A stretch of DNA of 64,000 bases from a bacterium (GCA_034440235.1 JAWXBR010000009.1:88440-152439), one strand, 5' to 3'; counted from the stretch's first letter, positions 40,617-51,223 are shown. The notes: a model not told the origin generated them from the sequence alone. Made by a program: numbers and translations.

Positions 40617-43600
40617 ATTCGAAGATATGACCACACGCGCATTTAGTCGTCACGATGCAGTTCTGAACGAAGTCACGTCGTCGGCTTCGTTTCAGGACAT
40701 GCTCTCGAATGTTGCATCACTCGATTGCACCCTCATCGTGCCATCGACTGCACACAAACGCGCGGCGCTTGTGACACTTACGAGGCAGACAACGGGACGC
40801 AAGCCGCCTGAGATTTACACGCTGGCAACGTATGCACAGTACATCGTCCGCGAACGTAGTACAGAAAATCTTCGACTACTGAACACGGCAGACGCATCAC
40901 TCATCTTGAGGTATGCAGCACGTAGTGCTGGACTGCGCCTTGGGAGTATCGACTTTTCAATTCACCGGCTTCTGCGATGGAAGAGTGAAGGCATTACACG
41001 AGACGAGCTGCTAGAAAAGTCCGCAGATGAATTTGCACCTCGTCACGTACGTGTACTCGATGGCTTCGTGCGTATCTGGAGCGCATACGAATTGAGTAAG
41101 GGGCCGAAAGGGGCTGATCGTGTAGATGTATTAGTAAAGGCTGCTCGACTTGTTCTCGAGGCACCGAAGGTTGCAGATCGTCGGTTCGTCGTATGGTGTC
41201 CGCACACCTTTACTCGTGCCGAGGCTGCCCTTGTGCGCGCGATAGGTGTACACGGCAGCGTAGCAATCGTATGGGCCCCGTCGTCCGATGCGCAGTTGGT
41301 AAACGAACGAACAAGCGACATGATTGGTTGGGGGTGGGAGAACGTAGGTGGTGAAGACACTGGTCATTCATCGGACGATGCAGTCACGCGGCACAAGAGC
41401 ATTCGCGTTTTTCGCGAGAGTACGCGCGTCGAAGAAGTCCGTCGGATTCTACTCGCCATCAAGCAAGCAGTATCGAGCGGCGGCATAAACGTGCGCGACA
41501 TCTGCATCATCACACCTGGAAGTAGCGAGTACCGACGTCAGCTTCAGGAACGCGCTACACGTGCTGGCATACCGCTGGCAGTAGACCCGCAACGGACACT
41601 GCACACAAGTGGCGTTGCTCTTGCCTTGCGTGCTGCATGTGATGTCGTGGGTGGTGCGTGGAAACGTGCAGACCTCGAGCGTCTATTGCGTAGCGGATTT
41701 GTCATGGCGGACTCTACAAATGCTGGGGCTCTGCTTCACGCAGCCACCGCACATCGCGTTCAGGGCGGTCAGGGCTTCGACGGATGGAAACAAAAGCTTT
41801 CCAGTAGACGAGAAGTACTTCGCATAGTACATGAGCGCGACGAAGAGATCGATCGCGGCATCAGACGCACGCTAGCCGTGCTCGACGAGGCTTTGCGGAC
41901 GCTTGCATGGTTGCGACTAATTCTAGGCGATGATGACAGGTCTATCAAGGGTGCTGCTTATACTCAAATGCTTACCGCGTTTTTAGAGCGGTTAGGCATA
42001 GCACGCACCGCAGTGCATCTCGAAAAAATCGCTCTCTCAGAAAATCTACCTTGTGTCGAACGCGAAGCACTCGTCGCAATCGAAGCTTTAAGTGAACGCT
42101 ATGCAGTTCTCACCAGCGACGTTGATATGCCGTTGATGACAATTGCCGAGCATACGCGAGAGTGGTGGGAGTTGGTGCGCGCGACTAAGGTGCGGACTCC
42201 CGACGTGCTGCTCGACGGAATACCAATCCTTACACCTGAGGAAGCGCGAGGTCGGATGTGGAAACTTGTGCTTGCGCCGGGCTTTGTTGAAGGCGAGTTT
42301 CCGTTGCATGAGCACGATCCACTCGAAGCAGAAGTATTGCCCGAATCAGCACTACGCAAACAACGAGCGGCGTTCGAAGACATCATACATGCTACGTCCA
42401 TCGACGGCCATCTTGTTGTTACATATCCTAAAGAAGTTGACGATTCGGATGTGTTGCCATCGAGCTTTCTGCGCGGACTCGATATTGAACCACATGACGA
42501 AGCCACATTTTTTCTCGACGCGTACGAGCGCACTGCACATACAGGTACGGGGCTACGAGACGTCAAGGGGCGGCAGCGCGCCGCGCTACCCGAGGCCAAC
42601 GAAGCTGTTGTTCAGAGCACAGCCGAGGCCGACGAAAGCGCGGTTCTGAGCTCTGGCAGCGCCGCTCTCGTGCAGTACGTTGCGGACATTGTGAACAGAC
42701 CCTTAAGCGCATCGAGACTCGACGTTGTTGCGGCGTGTCCGTACAAATTCTACGCCAGCACCATTCTCCGCCTCGATGTTGAGCATACGACGGATGACAC
42801 GCTGTCCGGACTCGAACGTGGTTCGATGATGCATGAGATTGTACGCCAGTTCTACGAACGTGTTCGTGGCAGATCATATCGCACAATTACTACGACAGAA
42901 GAGCTGCTCGATGCACGCGTAGAGCTCGAAGACATTCGACGTCACGAATACATGGGAATTCTTCTGGATGTCTACATGAGCGTAGCGCCGTTGTACGATA
43001 CCGACCATACGTATGCAGAGACCGAGAGGCGATCGTTGCTCGGGGGACCCGACGGACCTTCGATGCTTGGAACTCCGCAGCGTCCCGGACTTCTCTACCG
43101 TTGGCTTGCGCACGAGATTGCGCAACAATCGAAATCTGCGATGAGGCCTGCATTGTTTGAGTATGAATTAGACGTTGTTGTAGGAGGCGAAGCCATTCGC
43201 GGACGTGTGGACAGAATAGACGTAGCCCCTTACCAATTTGATGACGGACACAATGGTGTGCAGTTCGCTGTGGTCGATTACAAAACCACGAAGGCCTCGG
43301 CGCCAAGTGCAAAGTCGGTAATGCTTGGTGAAGCGACGCAAATGCCTCTGTATCTTACAGCTGTTCACGCCGAATTTTTAAAGCATGGTATCGAAGCTAT
43401 ACCTGCTCAGGCAATCTATCGTACGTTTGGCAGATCGTTAAAGACTGTCGAAGATCCTAAAGATCTGGCGGTCCTTGCGAATCCATCTGAAGAGCTTATG
43501 CAGAATTTGTTTAACACCATTAACGAACACGTAAAAGACATGCGTGCATCATCGTATCCCGTCGCACCGCGACCAAAGGCATGCGACAGGTGCGGCTTTC

Positions 43601-43647
43601 AGGAAGTATGTCGCGTGGCATCGTGGGGTACAGTACAACGTACATGA
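40579..43647 (+). CDS. AddB-like PD-(D/E)XK nuclease family protein with C-terminal Fe-S cysteine cluster (start uncertain, possibly 40627)
   Basis: About 1000 aa. C-terminal RecB-type nuclease motif GRVDRIDV...FAVVDYKT. Four Cys (AACPYKF ... PKACDRCGFQEVC) as in AddB/Cas4-type nucleases. Its stop overlaps the next start (ATGA). Confidence 0.7.
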   Translation: MHRHVDNKWKTLIFEDMTTRAFSRHDAVLNEVTSSASFQDMLSNVASLDCTLIVPSTAHKRAALVTLTRQTTGRKPPEIYTLATYAQYIVRERSTENLRLLNTADASLILRYAARSAGLRLGSIDFSIHRLLRWKSEGITRDELLEKSADEFAPRHVRVLDGFVRIWSAYELSKGPKGADRVDVLVKAARLVLEAPKVADRRFVVWCPHTFTRAEAALVRAIGVHGSVAIVWAPSSDAQLVNERTSDMIGWGWENVGGEDTGHSSDDAVTRHKSIRVFRESTRVEEVRRILLAIKQAVSSGGINVRDICIITPGSSEYRRQLQERATRAGIPLAVDPQRTLHTSGVALALRAACDVVGGAWKRADLERLLRSGFVMADSTNAGALLHAATAHRVQGGQGFDGWKQKLSSRREVLRIVHERDEEIDRGIRRTLAVLDEALRTLAWLRLILGDDDRSIKGAAYTQMLTAFLERLGIARTAVHLEKIALSENLPCVEREALVAIEALSERYAVLTSDVDMPLMTIAEHTREWWELVRATKVRTPDVLLDGIPILTPEEARGRMWKLVLAPGFVEGEFPLHEHDPLEAEVLPESALRKQRAAFEDIIHATSIDGHLVVTYPKEVDDSDVLPSSFLRGLDIEPHDEATFFLDAYERTAHTGTGLRDVKGRQRAALPEANEAVVQSTAEADESAVLSSGSAALVQYVADIVNRPLSASRLDVVAACPYKFYASTILRLDVEHTTDDTLSGLERGSMMHEIVRQFYERVRGRSYRTITTTEELLDARVELEDIRRHEYMGILLDVYMSVAPLYDTDHTYAETERRSLLGGPDGPSMLGTPQRPGLLYRWLAHEIAQQSKSAMRPALFEYELDVVVGGEAIRGRVDRIDVAPYQFDDGHNGVQFAVVDYKTTKASAPSAKSVMLGEATQMPLYLTAVHAEFLKHGIEAIPAQAIYRTFGRSLKTVEDPKDLAVLANPSEELMQNLFNTINEHVKDMRASSYPVAPRPKACDRCGFQEVCRVASWGTVQRT

Positions 43648-46055
43648 AATCATTAAAATCGGCTGATCTTCGATGGAGCTGTCCACTTTCGCTCCTGCCT
43701 TTTAAGTCTACGCGCGAAATCGCTCCTCTCAACCACATTGTTGGTCAGGAACGAGCAGTCGATGCAATCCTTCTTGGCGCGCAAATACACTCGCAGGGAT
43801 ACAACATTTATGCGTCTGGGATAACGGGCACCGGACGCCTTACCACCATTCGGCATATCCTCGACGATTTGAAACGCGAGAAGCCCGATCTCTGGGATTT
43901 TGCTTACGTGCATAATTTTAGAAACCCCGACATGCCAGTGCTGCTGCGCTTTCATGCAGGTGAGGGACGTTTGTTTACGCGTATGATGGAAGACGCGATT
44001 AACGTCGTAAAACGTCGCATACCGCAACTCTTCGAAGAAGAAGCGTTTCTATCGCAGCGTAAAAAAATCATGCAGAGCTTTCAGCAGCAGGAACGCGGAC
44101 TGCTTAAAGAGTTCGATGCAAAAATTCGTCCGTCCGGCTTCGTTGTAGGTCAGGTGCAAGAAGATGACGGCTCCGTTCGCAGCGAAATTTTCGCACTTGT
44201 TGCAGAGAAGCCCTATCAACTCGAAGAGCTCGAAGAGTTAGTACACAAGAACGAATTGAAAGAAGCAGACGCAGAGCGAATTCGTGAAGCGTACTCTGCG
44301 TATCGCGATGAGCTGAACGACATTGGCCGCCGCTCGTTGCGATTGATGACAGAGTTTCGCAAGAAGCTCGCAGAGAATGATCAAGGGGCTGTTGGCGTTC
44401 TGCTGAAAACAATCTTCGACGACATCATGCAGAGTTTCTCGCGCGACCGCGTGAGCGAGTTCCTCACAGGGGTCACCACGCATGTTCTCGAACATCTCGA
44501 CGACTATGTACGGCTATTCCAACCACGTCAGGGATCGGGTGCAGAAGAAGCAGAGGAGCAACTCAAGCAGGCCTTCAAGCTCTACGCTGTAAATCTCATT
44601 CTCGACAACTACGATGCAAAGCTTGCACCTGTGCTTGTCGAGACGGCCCCGACATACGCAACGCTGTTTGGTACAATAGAGCGTCGCGTTGATGCACGTG
44701 GTGTTGCGGTTAGCGACTTCTCGCATATCCGCGCAGGCTCGATACTCCGTGCCGACGGAGGTTATGTGGTGCTGAACGCTGTAGACATTCTAAGCGATCA
44801 GCAGATGTGGACGGCGCTGAAGCGCGTGATGTTATACGGTCGTCTTGAAATTCAAACACTCGATACGCAGTTTCAATCGAGTGCAGTAAAACCCGAGTGG
44901 ATAAAGGTCAACGTAAAAATTATTCTGCTCGGCGATCCGCAGATCTATCTCGCGTTGTGGGGCGCCGACGAAGACTTCCACAAGATGTTCAAGGTACATG
45001 CAGAGTTTGCGGACGAAACAGTTCGCACGCCCGAAATGATACGTCACTATTGTGGGTTCTTTGCAAAACTTGCTGTAGAAGAACATCTGTTACACTGCGA
45101 CAGAACTGGTGTGGCCTCGCTTATCGAGTGGGCAGTCGAATACACAGAGTCGCAGGACAAAATCACATTGCAATTCAGCTACGTTGCCGACTTAATGCGT
45201 GAAGCGTCGTTCGTTGCACGCAAGGCAAATGCAACGCTTATCACGCGGACACATGTTTTACAGGCAATCGACCATAGACATCAGCGCAGCAACCGTGCCG
45301 ACGAAACAATTCGCGAACAGATTAAGAAGGGCACACTTCTTATCGACGTCGAAGGCTCGCGCGTCGGACAGATTAATGGTCTGTCGGTTTATAGTACGGG
45401 CATTGTCGATTTCGGCAAACCCTCGCGCATTACAGCTACGGTTAGTGCAGGTAATGCTGGCATCATAAACATCGAGCGCGAGGTTTCGTTAAGTGGAGCA
45501 ATTCACTCGAAGGGCGTGCTCATTCTGACTGGCCTCTTGCGTTCGATCTTTTCGCGTGCACAACCAATTTCATTTAGTGCAAGCATTGCATTCGAGCAAT
45601 CGTACGGCGGCGTCGATGGCGATAGCGCCTCGGCAGCTGAGATTGTTGCGTTGTTATCGGCGATTGCGAACTGTCCGATTCGCCAAGACCTCGCAATCAC
45701 TGGCAGCATTAATCAGAAGGGCGACATCCAACCCGTTGGTGGCATCAACGAAAAAATTCTTGGCTTCTACGAAGTGTGTCGCGATAGACAACTCACGGGC
45801 ACACAGGGCGTTGTAATTCCGTTTCAAAACGCTAAAGATTTAATGCAAAACGCAGAGGTTGTCGAAGCTGTGCGCAAAAAACAGTTCTGCATCTACCCAA
45901 TCAAACGTCTCGAGGATGCAATCTATATGATGATCGGAATGGAAGCAGGACAGGTACGCAAGGACAACACGTTCCCGCCAAACACGCTGTTCGCAAAAGT
46001 GCAGCACAACCTCGATGTCCTACACGAAGCATCGAAGATGCACCGCGGACTATAA
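43644..46055 (+). CDS. Lon-like (LonC-type) protease: non-canonical AAA-like domain plus S16 Ser-Lys protease domain
   Basis: C-terminal S16 signature GDSASAAEIVALLSAI... and downstream Lys (ITGSINQKGDIQPVGGINEKI). N-terminal P-loop-like GITGTGRLTT lacks the canonical Walker-A Lys. Confidence 0.7.
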   Translation: MKSLKSADLRWSCPLSLLPFKSTREIAPLNHIVGQERAVDAILLGAQIHSQGYNIYASGITGTGRLTTIRHILDDLKREKPDLWDFAYVHNFRNPDMPVLLRFHAGEGRLFTRMMEDAINVVKRRIPQLFEEEAFLSQRKKIMQSFQQQERGLLKEFDAKIRPSGFVVGQVQEDDGSVRSEIFALVAEKPYQLEELEELVHKNELKEADAERIREAYSAYRDELNDIGRRSLRLMTEFRKKLAENDQGAVGVLLKTIFDDIMQSFSRDRVSEFLTGVTTHVLEHLDDYVRLFQPRQGSGAEEAEEQLKQAFKLYAVNLILDNYDAKLAPVLVETAPTYATLFGTIERRVDARGVAVSDFSHIRAGSILRADGGYVVLNAVDILSDQQMWTALKRVMLYGRLEIQTLDTQFQSSAVKPEWIKVNVKIILLGDPQIYLALWGADEDFHKMFKVHAEFADETVRTPEMIRHYCGFFAKLAVEEHLLHCDRTGVASLIEWAVEYTESQDKITLQFSYVADLMREASFVARKANATLITRTHVLQAIDHRHQRSNRADETIREQIKKGTLLIDVEGSRVGQINGLSVYSTGIVDFGKPSRITATVSAGNAGIINIEREVSLSGAIHSKGVLILTGLLRSIFSRAQPISFSASIAFEQSYGGVDGDSASAAEIVALLSAIANCPIRQDLAITGSINQKGDIQPVGGINEKILGFYEVCRDRQLTGTQGVVIPFQNAKDLMQNAEVVEAVRKKQFCIYPIKRLEDAIYMMIGMEAGQVRKDNTFPPNTLFAKVQHNLDVLHEASKMHRGL

Positions 46056-46103
46056 GGGAAAGGGTCTGCGAGAGTTTGATAGCGCCGTTTATAGTCAACA
46101 AGT

Positions 46104-47669
46104 TTAGTGACGGAAGTGGCGCATTCCCGTCATCATCATCGTCAGGCCCCGTTCGTTTGCAGCTGCGATGACCTCTTCATCACGCACACTGCCGCCCGGT
46201 TGTATCACAGCAGTAGCGCCTGCGTCTGCGGCTTGTAGTAGTCCGTCGGCAAATGGGAAGAAGGCGTCGGACGCAACGGCGCATCCTTGCAGACTTAGTC
46301 CGGCGTCGTTGGCCTTGCTTACGGCAATACGTGCCGAGTCGACGCGCGACATTTGTCCGGCACCAACGCCCAACGTCCTGTCGGCTAACGCATACACAAT
46401 GGCATTGCTCTTCACATGTTTTGCAATCTTCCAGGCGAACATCATTGCAAGATGTTCTTCTGTAGTGGGCTGACGTTCGGTGACAACACGAAGAGTTCCT
46501 TCATCGAGTAGCATTGCGTCGGGCGATTGCACAAGGTAGCCCCCTGCCACCGTGCGAATGTCGATTGAACTTGCCGATCGTGCATCGCGTAACTGCACCG
46601 TCATGAGTCGGCGGTCTTTTTTCTTGGTAAGAATTGCAAGTGCTTCTTCTGTGAACGAAGGAGCGATAAGCACTTCTGTAAACAATGCATGTACTTCTGA
46701 GGCGAAGGCGGCATCGACCGGGCGGTTGACTGCGATGATACCGCCGAACGGACTCACTGTGTCAGTCGCAAATGCCTTTTGATATGCATCGACAAGTGTG
46801 TCGCCACTTCCCACACCACACGGGTTGTTGTGTTTTACAATCGTAACGGTCGGGTCGTCGAACTCGAGAACAACGCGCGTTGCTGCATCGATATCAAGGA
46901 TGTTGTTAAACGACAGTTCCTTGCCATGCAATTGCTGAAAGAGGTCGAGAAAGTTGCCATAGAGAGCAGCCTGCTGATGCGGGTTTTCGCCGTACCGCAA
47001 TGCTTGTGACTTACGCATAGGAATGGCGAATTCATCGGGGAGTACTACGTGCTGTTCCGCTGCAAACCAGGACGAAACCATGCCGTCGTATCGCGCAGTG
47101 TGTGAGAATGCCTCGCGTGCGAGTTGCTGCCTGAAGTCGATTTCTTCGAAGTCCTGAAGTATGTCGGACATCGGGTCCGCGCCGATACTCTTTTGCGTTA
47201 GGCGTTGCAACAGGTCGGCATATCGGGCCGGGTTTACAACAATGAATGTGTGACGGTAATTCTTAGCGGCAGCGCGCACCATTGCCGGACCGCCGATGTC
47301 GATGTTCTCGATGAGCGTTTCGTGCGAAACCCCTGCTGTTCGCAACGTCTTCTCGAACGGGTACAGGTTTACGATGGCGATATCGATAGAATCGATGTCG
47401 TGTTCGCGCATCTGCTTGATATGCGTTTCGTCATCGAGTACGCCTAACAACCCGCCGTGAATCTTCGGATGGAGTGTTTTCACACGTCCATCCATGATCT
47501 CTGGGAACCCCGTCACCTCGCTCACCTTCCGCACGGGGAGTCCGGCCTCCGCCAGCGTCTTCGCCGTGCCTCCGGTCGATATAAGGCTTATGCCTAGTGC
47601 GTGCAGTTGTTGGGCAAGTTCAACAATGCCTGTTTTATCCGAAACCGAGAGGAGTGCAGTGCGAATCAT
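46104..47669 (-). CDS. purH: Bifunctional AICAR transformylase / IMP cyclohydrolase
   Basis: [23 protein letters not shown]-terminus (MGS-like) and C-terminus ...[11 protein letters not shown]. Start placed at the internal ATG. Confidence 0.9.
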   Translation of the reverse strand: MIRTALLSVSDKTGIVELAQQLHALGISLISTGGTAKTLAEAGLPVRKVSEVTGFPEIMDGRVKTLHPKIHGGLLGVLDDETHIKQMREHDIDSIDIAIVNLYPFEKTLRTAGVSHETLIENIDIGGPAMVRAAAKNYRHTFIVVNPARYADLLQRLTQKSIGADPMSDILQDFEEIDFRQQLAREAFSHTARYDGMVSSWFAAEQHVVLPDEFAIPMRKSQALRYGENPHQQAALYGNFLDLFQQLHGKELSFNNILDIDAATRVVLEFDDPTVTIVKHNNPCGVGSGDTLVDAYQKAFATDTVSPFGGIIAVNRPVDAAFASEVHALFTEVLIAPSFTEEALAILTKKKDRRLMTVQLRDARSASSIDIRTVAGGYLVQSPDAMLLDEGTLRVVTERQPTTEEHLAMMFAWKIAKHVKSNAIVYALADRTLGVGAGQMSRVDSARIAVSKANDAGLSLQGCAVASDAFFPFADGLLQAADAGATAVIQPGGSVRDEEVIAAANERGLTMMMTGMRHFRH

Positions 47670-47696
47670 AGTCCGCAAACATACGGCGTTGGCCAC

Positions 47697-47755
47697 TCGA
47701 GAAATCCACAGGTTGTGTGAACTGCTCAAGAAATCCACAGGTTGTGTGAATTGCT
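47697..47755. repeat. Two tandem ~29-bp direct repeats (TCRAGAAATCCACAGGTTGTGTGAAYTGCT) between the Fic stop and purH start
   Basis: Copies at about 47697-47726 and 47727-47755 are near-identical. They sit in the 84-bp gap upstream of purH. Confidence 0.65.
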
Positions 47756-48908
47756 ACGACTCGTGTATGAAGCCTGCCTTACGCAGAGATTCGATGAGAG
47801 GACGCAACAACGGACCGTGCACAAGTTCAATCACGTACTTTCTTGAATTCGGGCTTGGGAAGGGGCTAATAAGTTTCCGGTCCTTGAATTTTGTGATGAC
47901 GTGTGAGAGCGAAGCAGGCGACTTTTCTGGGTAGAATTTTGTGAACACAGACACATCACCTAGCTGAGCATCGAGAATCGAAGTAAGAACCCTTGCCTCG
48001 TCTGTACTAACGATGTTCCTTTCCTGGGCAAGAGCAATCGTGGGCAAAAGCAGCGCGGAACGAAGATGATGTGTATCGAGCAGCGCATCTACTTTCACGA
48101 TCTCCGATCGAAGTCCGCTCAGAACAAACTCGCACCATGCAAGGAGGTGCTCGATCTCACCACTGTCGGCGTTGGATAAAGACTGCATGTATGCCGAGCG
48201 ATCTTTACAGAATACCGCCGTAGGATTTAGAATACGACCCGATCCTATGCGAAAGCCTGCACGAAGTAACATCGCATACGTTAGCAATCGAACCGTTCGA
48301 CCGTTCCCGTTGCGAAACGGATGTATGTAAACAAATCTATGATGTGCCATCGCTATACGTAACAGGTCCGTGCGCGAGTTCTGTCTGTCGTTGATGAATG
48401 CAACCAGCTCTGCCATCAAAGAATGTATTTCGGAAGACGGAGGTGGTTTATGGGTCGAACCTGCAATAGAGATAGGACGACTGCGGTAGCTGCCCGGGGA
48501 GTCGTCGCCCTCTCCGCCCTCATGTGGACTTCGCAGATTTTTTACTGTTAGTCTATGCAGTTCTTTAACTAAGGCATCATCGATTGGTCGTGACGGATAC
48601 ACATCGAATTCGCCTTCAAGAAAGGTCATTGCGTCATCGAGGTTCGCAATCTCTCGTAGCGATTCTGTGGTGTTCATCTCCTTATCGATACTGGCTTCCA
48701 CCAGCTCATCAATCGTAGTGTGGTTGCCTTCTATGCGTGCCGATTGAAAACTTTCGAGAAGGTGGAAAACTGCCTTTATTGAAAAGAATATTGCTGGATG
48801 CGTACTGCCATGCAGCGAACGCGCCTTTAACTTCTCGAGTTCGATGATGTCCTCCACAATCTGCGCATCGAACTGTGGTGAAGGTATGGTAAGTGCATAA
48901 TTAGCCAT
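47754..48908 (-). CDS. Fic/DOC family protein (putative AMPylase)
   Basis: Fic motif HPFRNGNGRTVR (HxFx[D/E]GNGRxxR with Asn at the acidic position). About 380 aa. Confidence 0.8.
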   Translation of the reverse strand: MANYALTIPSPQFDAQIVEDIIELEKLKARSLHGSTHPAIFFSIKAVFHLLESFQSARIEGNHTTIDELVEASIDKEMNTTESLREIANLDDAMTFLEGEFDVYPSRPIDDALVKELHRLTVKNLRSPHEGGEGDDSPGSYRSRPISIAGSTHKPPPSSEIHSLMAELVAFINDRQNSRTDLLRIAMAHHRFVYIHPFRNGNGRTVRLLTYAMLLRAGFRIGSGRILNPTAVFCKDRSAYMQSLSNADSGEIEHLLAWCEFVLSGLRSEIVKVDALLDTHHLRSALLLPTIALAQERNIVSTDEARVLTSILDAQLGDVSVFTKFYPEKSPASLSHVITKFKDRKLISPFPSPNSRKYVIELVHGPLLRPLIESLRKAGFIHES

Positions 48909-49091
48909 GCCCTAATTTAACAATGAGAAAGACATATTTTAGCAACGAATGTGTAACTATCAGTTAAATAAAGTATTTAAGAAACAAAAATGCAAATCTT
49001 ATTTTAGATTTTGTTCATTGCGCATTTTATATGGATACTTGACCAGCGGGTCAGTTGTGCTATTTTCGTAGCACACAACTGGAGAGACACC

Positions 49092-50351
49092 ATGGTAATA
49101 GCATCGGACAAGAGCGTAATCACGTGTGACATGGAAGGCGTGATAGACGCGTACAATACAGGCGCCGAGAAGATGTTCGGATACAGTCGCGAAGAAACGC
49201 TCGGAAAACTGCGGGTATCGGTGTTCTCACCAGGTGAAATTGTACTTCAGAATCTCAGTACGTGGCTGTCATCGGCAGTGCGTGACGGGGAGTATGTCAC
49301 GGACACGATCTTCATTCGAAAGAACGGAGAAAAATTTCCAGCACGTATTCGTGTATCGCCGACATTTAAAGACGGCAAGCAGATTGGTTTCTGTGGTAAA
49401 ACCGAAGAACTCAGCGCTCCTGTCGAAGTGCCAATTAAAGGCAGTACAAAAGCAATTCGCTGGCTTGTAATTACACGTGCGCCGTTTCTTACGGCCGCTC
49501 TCATTCCATGCTTTATTGGCCTCGCATACACTAGTGGTGTTGCGAACATGCCTCTTACGTGGTTCAATGCAGTACTCGCAATTCTAGGAGTTGCTCTCTT
49601 GCATCTCGCGAGCAACGTGTTCAACGATTACTTCGATGTAAAGAGTGGCACCGATCAGGCCAACACGAAATACTTCCAGCAATACTCAGGCGGTTCGCGC
49701 GCAATCGAAATGCGTCTCATCGATCTGAAGGGCACACGCAACGTTGCCACGGTGTTTGCGCTAATCGCACTTGGCATCGGACTCTACCTTACGTACGCCG
49801 TGGGTACAGGCGTGTTAATCATGGGCCTCATCGGACTCTTCTGTGGCTTCTTTTACACTGCACCTCCGTTCAGACTTGTTGCTCGTCGCGGCATTGGTGA
49901 AATAACCATCGGTATGGCATTTGGTCCGTTAATCACCATGGGCATGCACTACGTCGTCACCGGCGCATATTCGTGGGACGCATTCTTCTTCGGCATCCCC
50001 GTTGGTTTGCTCACAACAAACATTCTGCTCATCAACCAGATTCCTGACACAGAAGGCGACGCTTCGACAGGCAAGAACCACCTTGTCGTAACGTTCGGCA
50101 AAAAAGCAGCCGTTGTGTTCTATACGTTATTCTTCGTTGCATCTCTTGCCACAACCGGATGGCTTGCCATGGCCTACAACAAGCCATTCCTCTACGCAAT
50201 CATCGGCATTGGTGTTATCTACGGCGGCTGGATTATCAACTACATGCGTCAGCACGTTCTCGAACGCTCGCTTGTAAAAGCGAACATCCAGACCATCAAC
50301 ATGCAAATCGTGCTCGGCATCCTCTTTGCCCTTGCCGTTGCATTCGGGTAA
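49092..50351 (+). CDS. PAS-domain / UbiA-family prenyltransferase fusion (MenA/UbiA-like)
   Basis: N-terminal PAS-like ...ITCDMEGVIDAYNTGAEKMFGYSREETLGK... is followed by a multi-TM UbiA-type region with NDYFDVKSGTD. GGAGAG precedes the ATG at 49092. Confidence 0.7.
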   Translation: MVIASDKSVITCDMEGVIDAYNTGAEKMFGYSREETLGKLRVSVFSPGEIVLQNLSTWLSSAVRDGEYVTDTIFIRKNGEKFPARIRVSPTFKDGKQIGFCGKTEELSAPVEVPIKGSTKAIRWLVITRAPFLTAALIPCFIGLAYTSGVANMPLTWFNAVLAILGVALLHLASNVFNDYFDVKSGTDQANTKYFQQYSGGSRAIEMRLIDLKGTRNVATVFALIALGIGLYLTYAVGTGVLIMGLIGLFCGFFYTAPPFRLVARRGIGEITIGMAFGPLITMGMHYVVTGAYSWDAFFFGIPVGLLTTNILLINQIPDTEGDASTGKNHLVVTFGKKAAVVFYTLFFVASLATTGWLAMAYNKPFLYAIIGIGVIYGGWIINYMRQHVLERSLVKANIQTINMQIVLGILFALAVAFG

Positions 50352-50376
50352 TCGGTGAATTGCAAAGGCAGATCCG

Positions 50377-51219
50377 TTACCGAATGACGGACACAAGTTT
50401 TGACTGAGTAGTTGCGCCAATTGTCGTTAAGGTATACATACCAGACGTCAGTTGGCGTAGTGGTATATCAAAAGTCTGAGCACCTTCCTGAACCCACTCA
50501 CGCGATGCTACGCCGTGAACCGATGTAAGCGTTACGAACAGAGTTCCACGTGGGATTTGAACATGCAGTACTTCTGAAGCAGGGTTGGGCCAAACAAAAA
50601 GGTCTTCTACATCACGAACTTCTCTGCCCCCGCACAGTAGTCCCGACCGTGACAAAGAAGGGGGTATGCAAAAAGCGCCAGAAAATAGCGGCCATGACTC
50701 TGTTGCATTAAATGTAGTACCTACGAAGACTGCCGCTTGGGTTTGCCCGCCAGACCAGTCATATGTAGACCCAATCTCATAGAAATATGCAAGGTTCATT
50801 CGTGAAGAAGTCAATAGAATCCAGTAAAACGGTTTTAGCTCTCTTGAAAAGTATTGTTGTTCACCTGATAACAGTATCGAATCCGAAGACATCTTGGTTA
50901 CTCTCGATGTAATCTGCTCGCCGGTTCTCGTATCGACCCACATCAACCTGAGCCTCGTACTATCAACATAGCAGAACTCGCCTTGAACTACTCGTGTGGC
51001 GACGCGCTCACCTGTTCATACATCATAAAATTCAAGAGAATCTAAACGAGAAACAGATATGAGATCTGCGGATGCATGCAGTTTGACGTGCGCACTTGGT
51101 GAAAGCGACATCGTCCATGTCGGATTTAGAATCGCAGGCTGTGCAGCGCACACTGACGCTACCATCATGAGCAAAAACAATACTCTGCAAGTCATACCGA
51201 ATCTCTCGTTAAATAGTAA
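50377..51219 (-). pseudogene. Disrupted paralog of the adjacent T9SS C-terminal-domain protein (in-frame TGA at about 51013-51015)
   Basis: The minus-strand translation from the ATG at 51219 (MTCRVLFLLMMVASVCAAQ...ISVSRLDSLEFYDV*TGERVATRVVQGEF...) aligns with the 51224-52657 protein. A TGA sits where the homolog has a sense codon. The T9SS CTD is intact at the C-terminus. Confidence 0.55.
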
Positions 51220-51223
51220 TGTA

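Noticed and set aside
51013-51015. In-frame TGA in T9SS paralog as selenocysteine or programmed read-through
   Set aside because: No SECIS-like structure or Sec machinery context was visible. The homolog has an ordinary sense codon. Simple nonsense mutation or sequencing error is more parsimonious.
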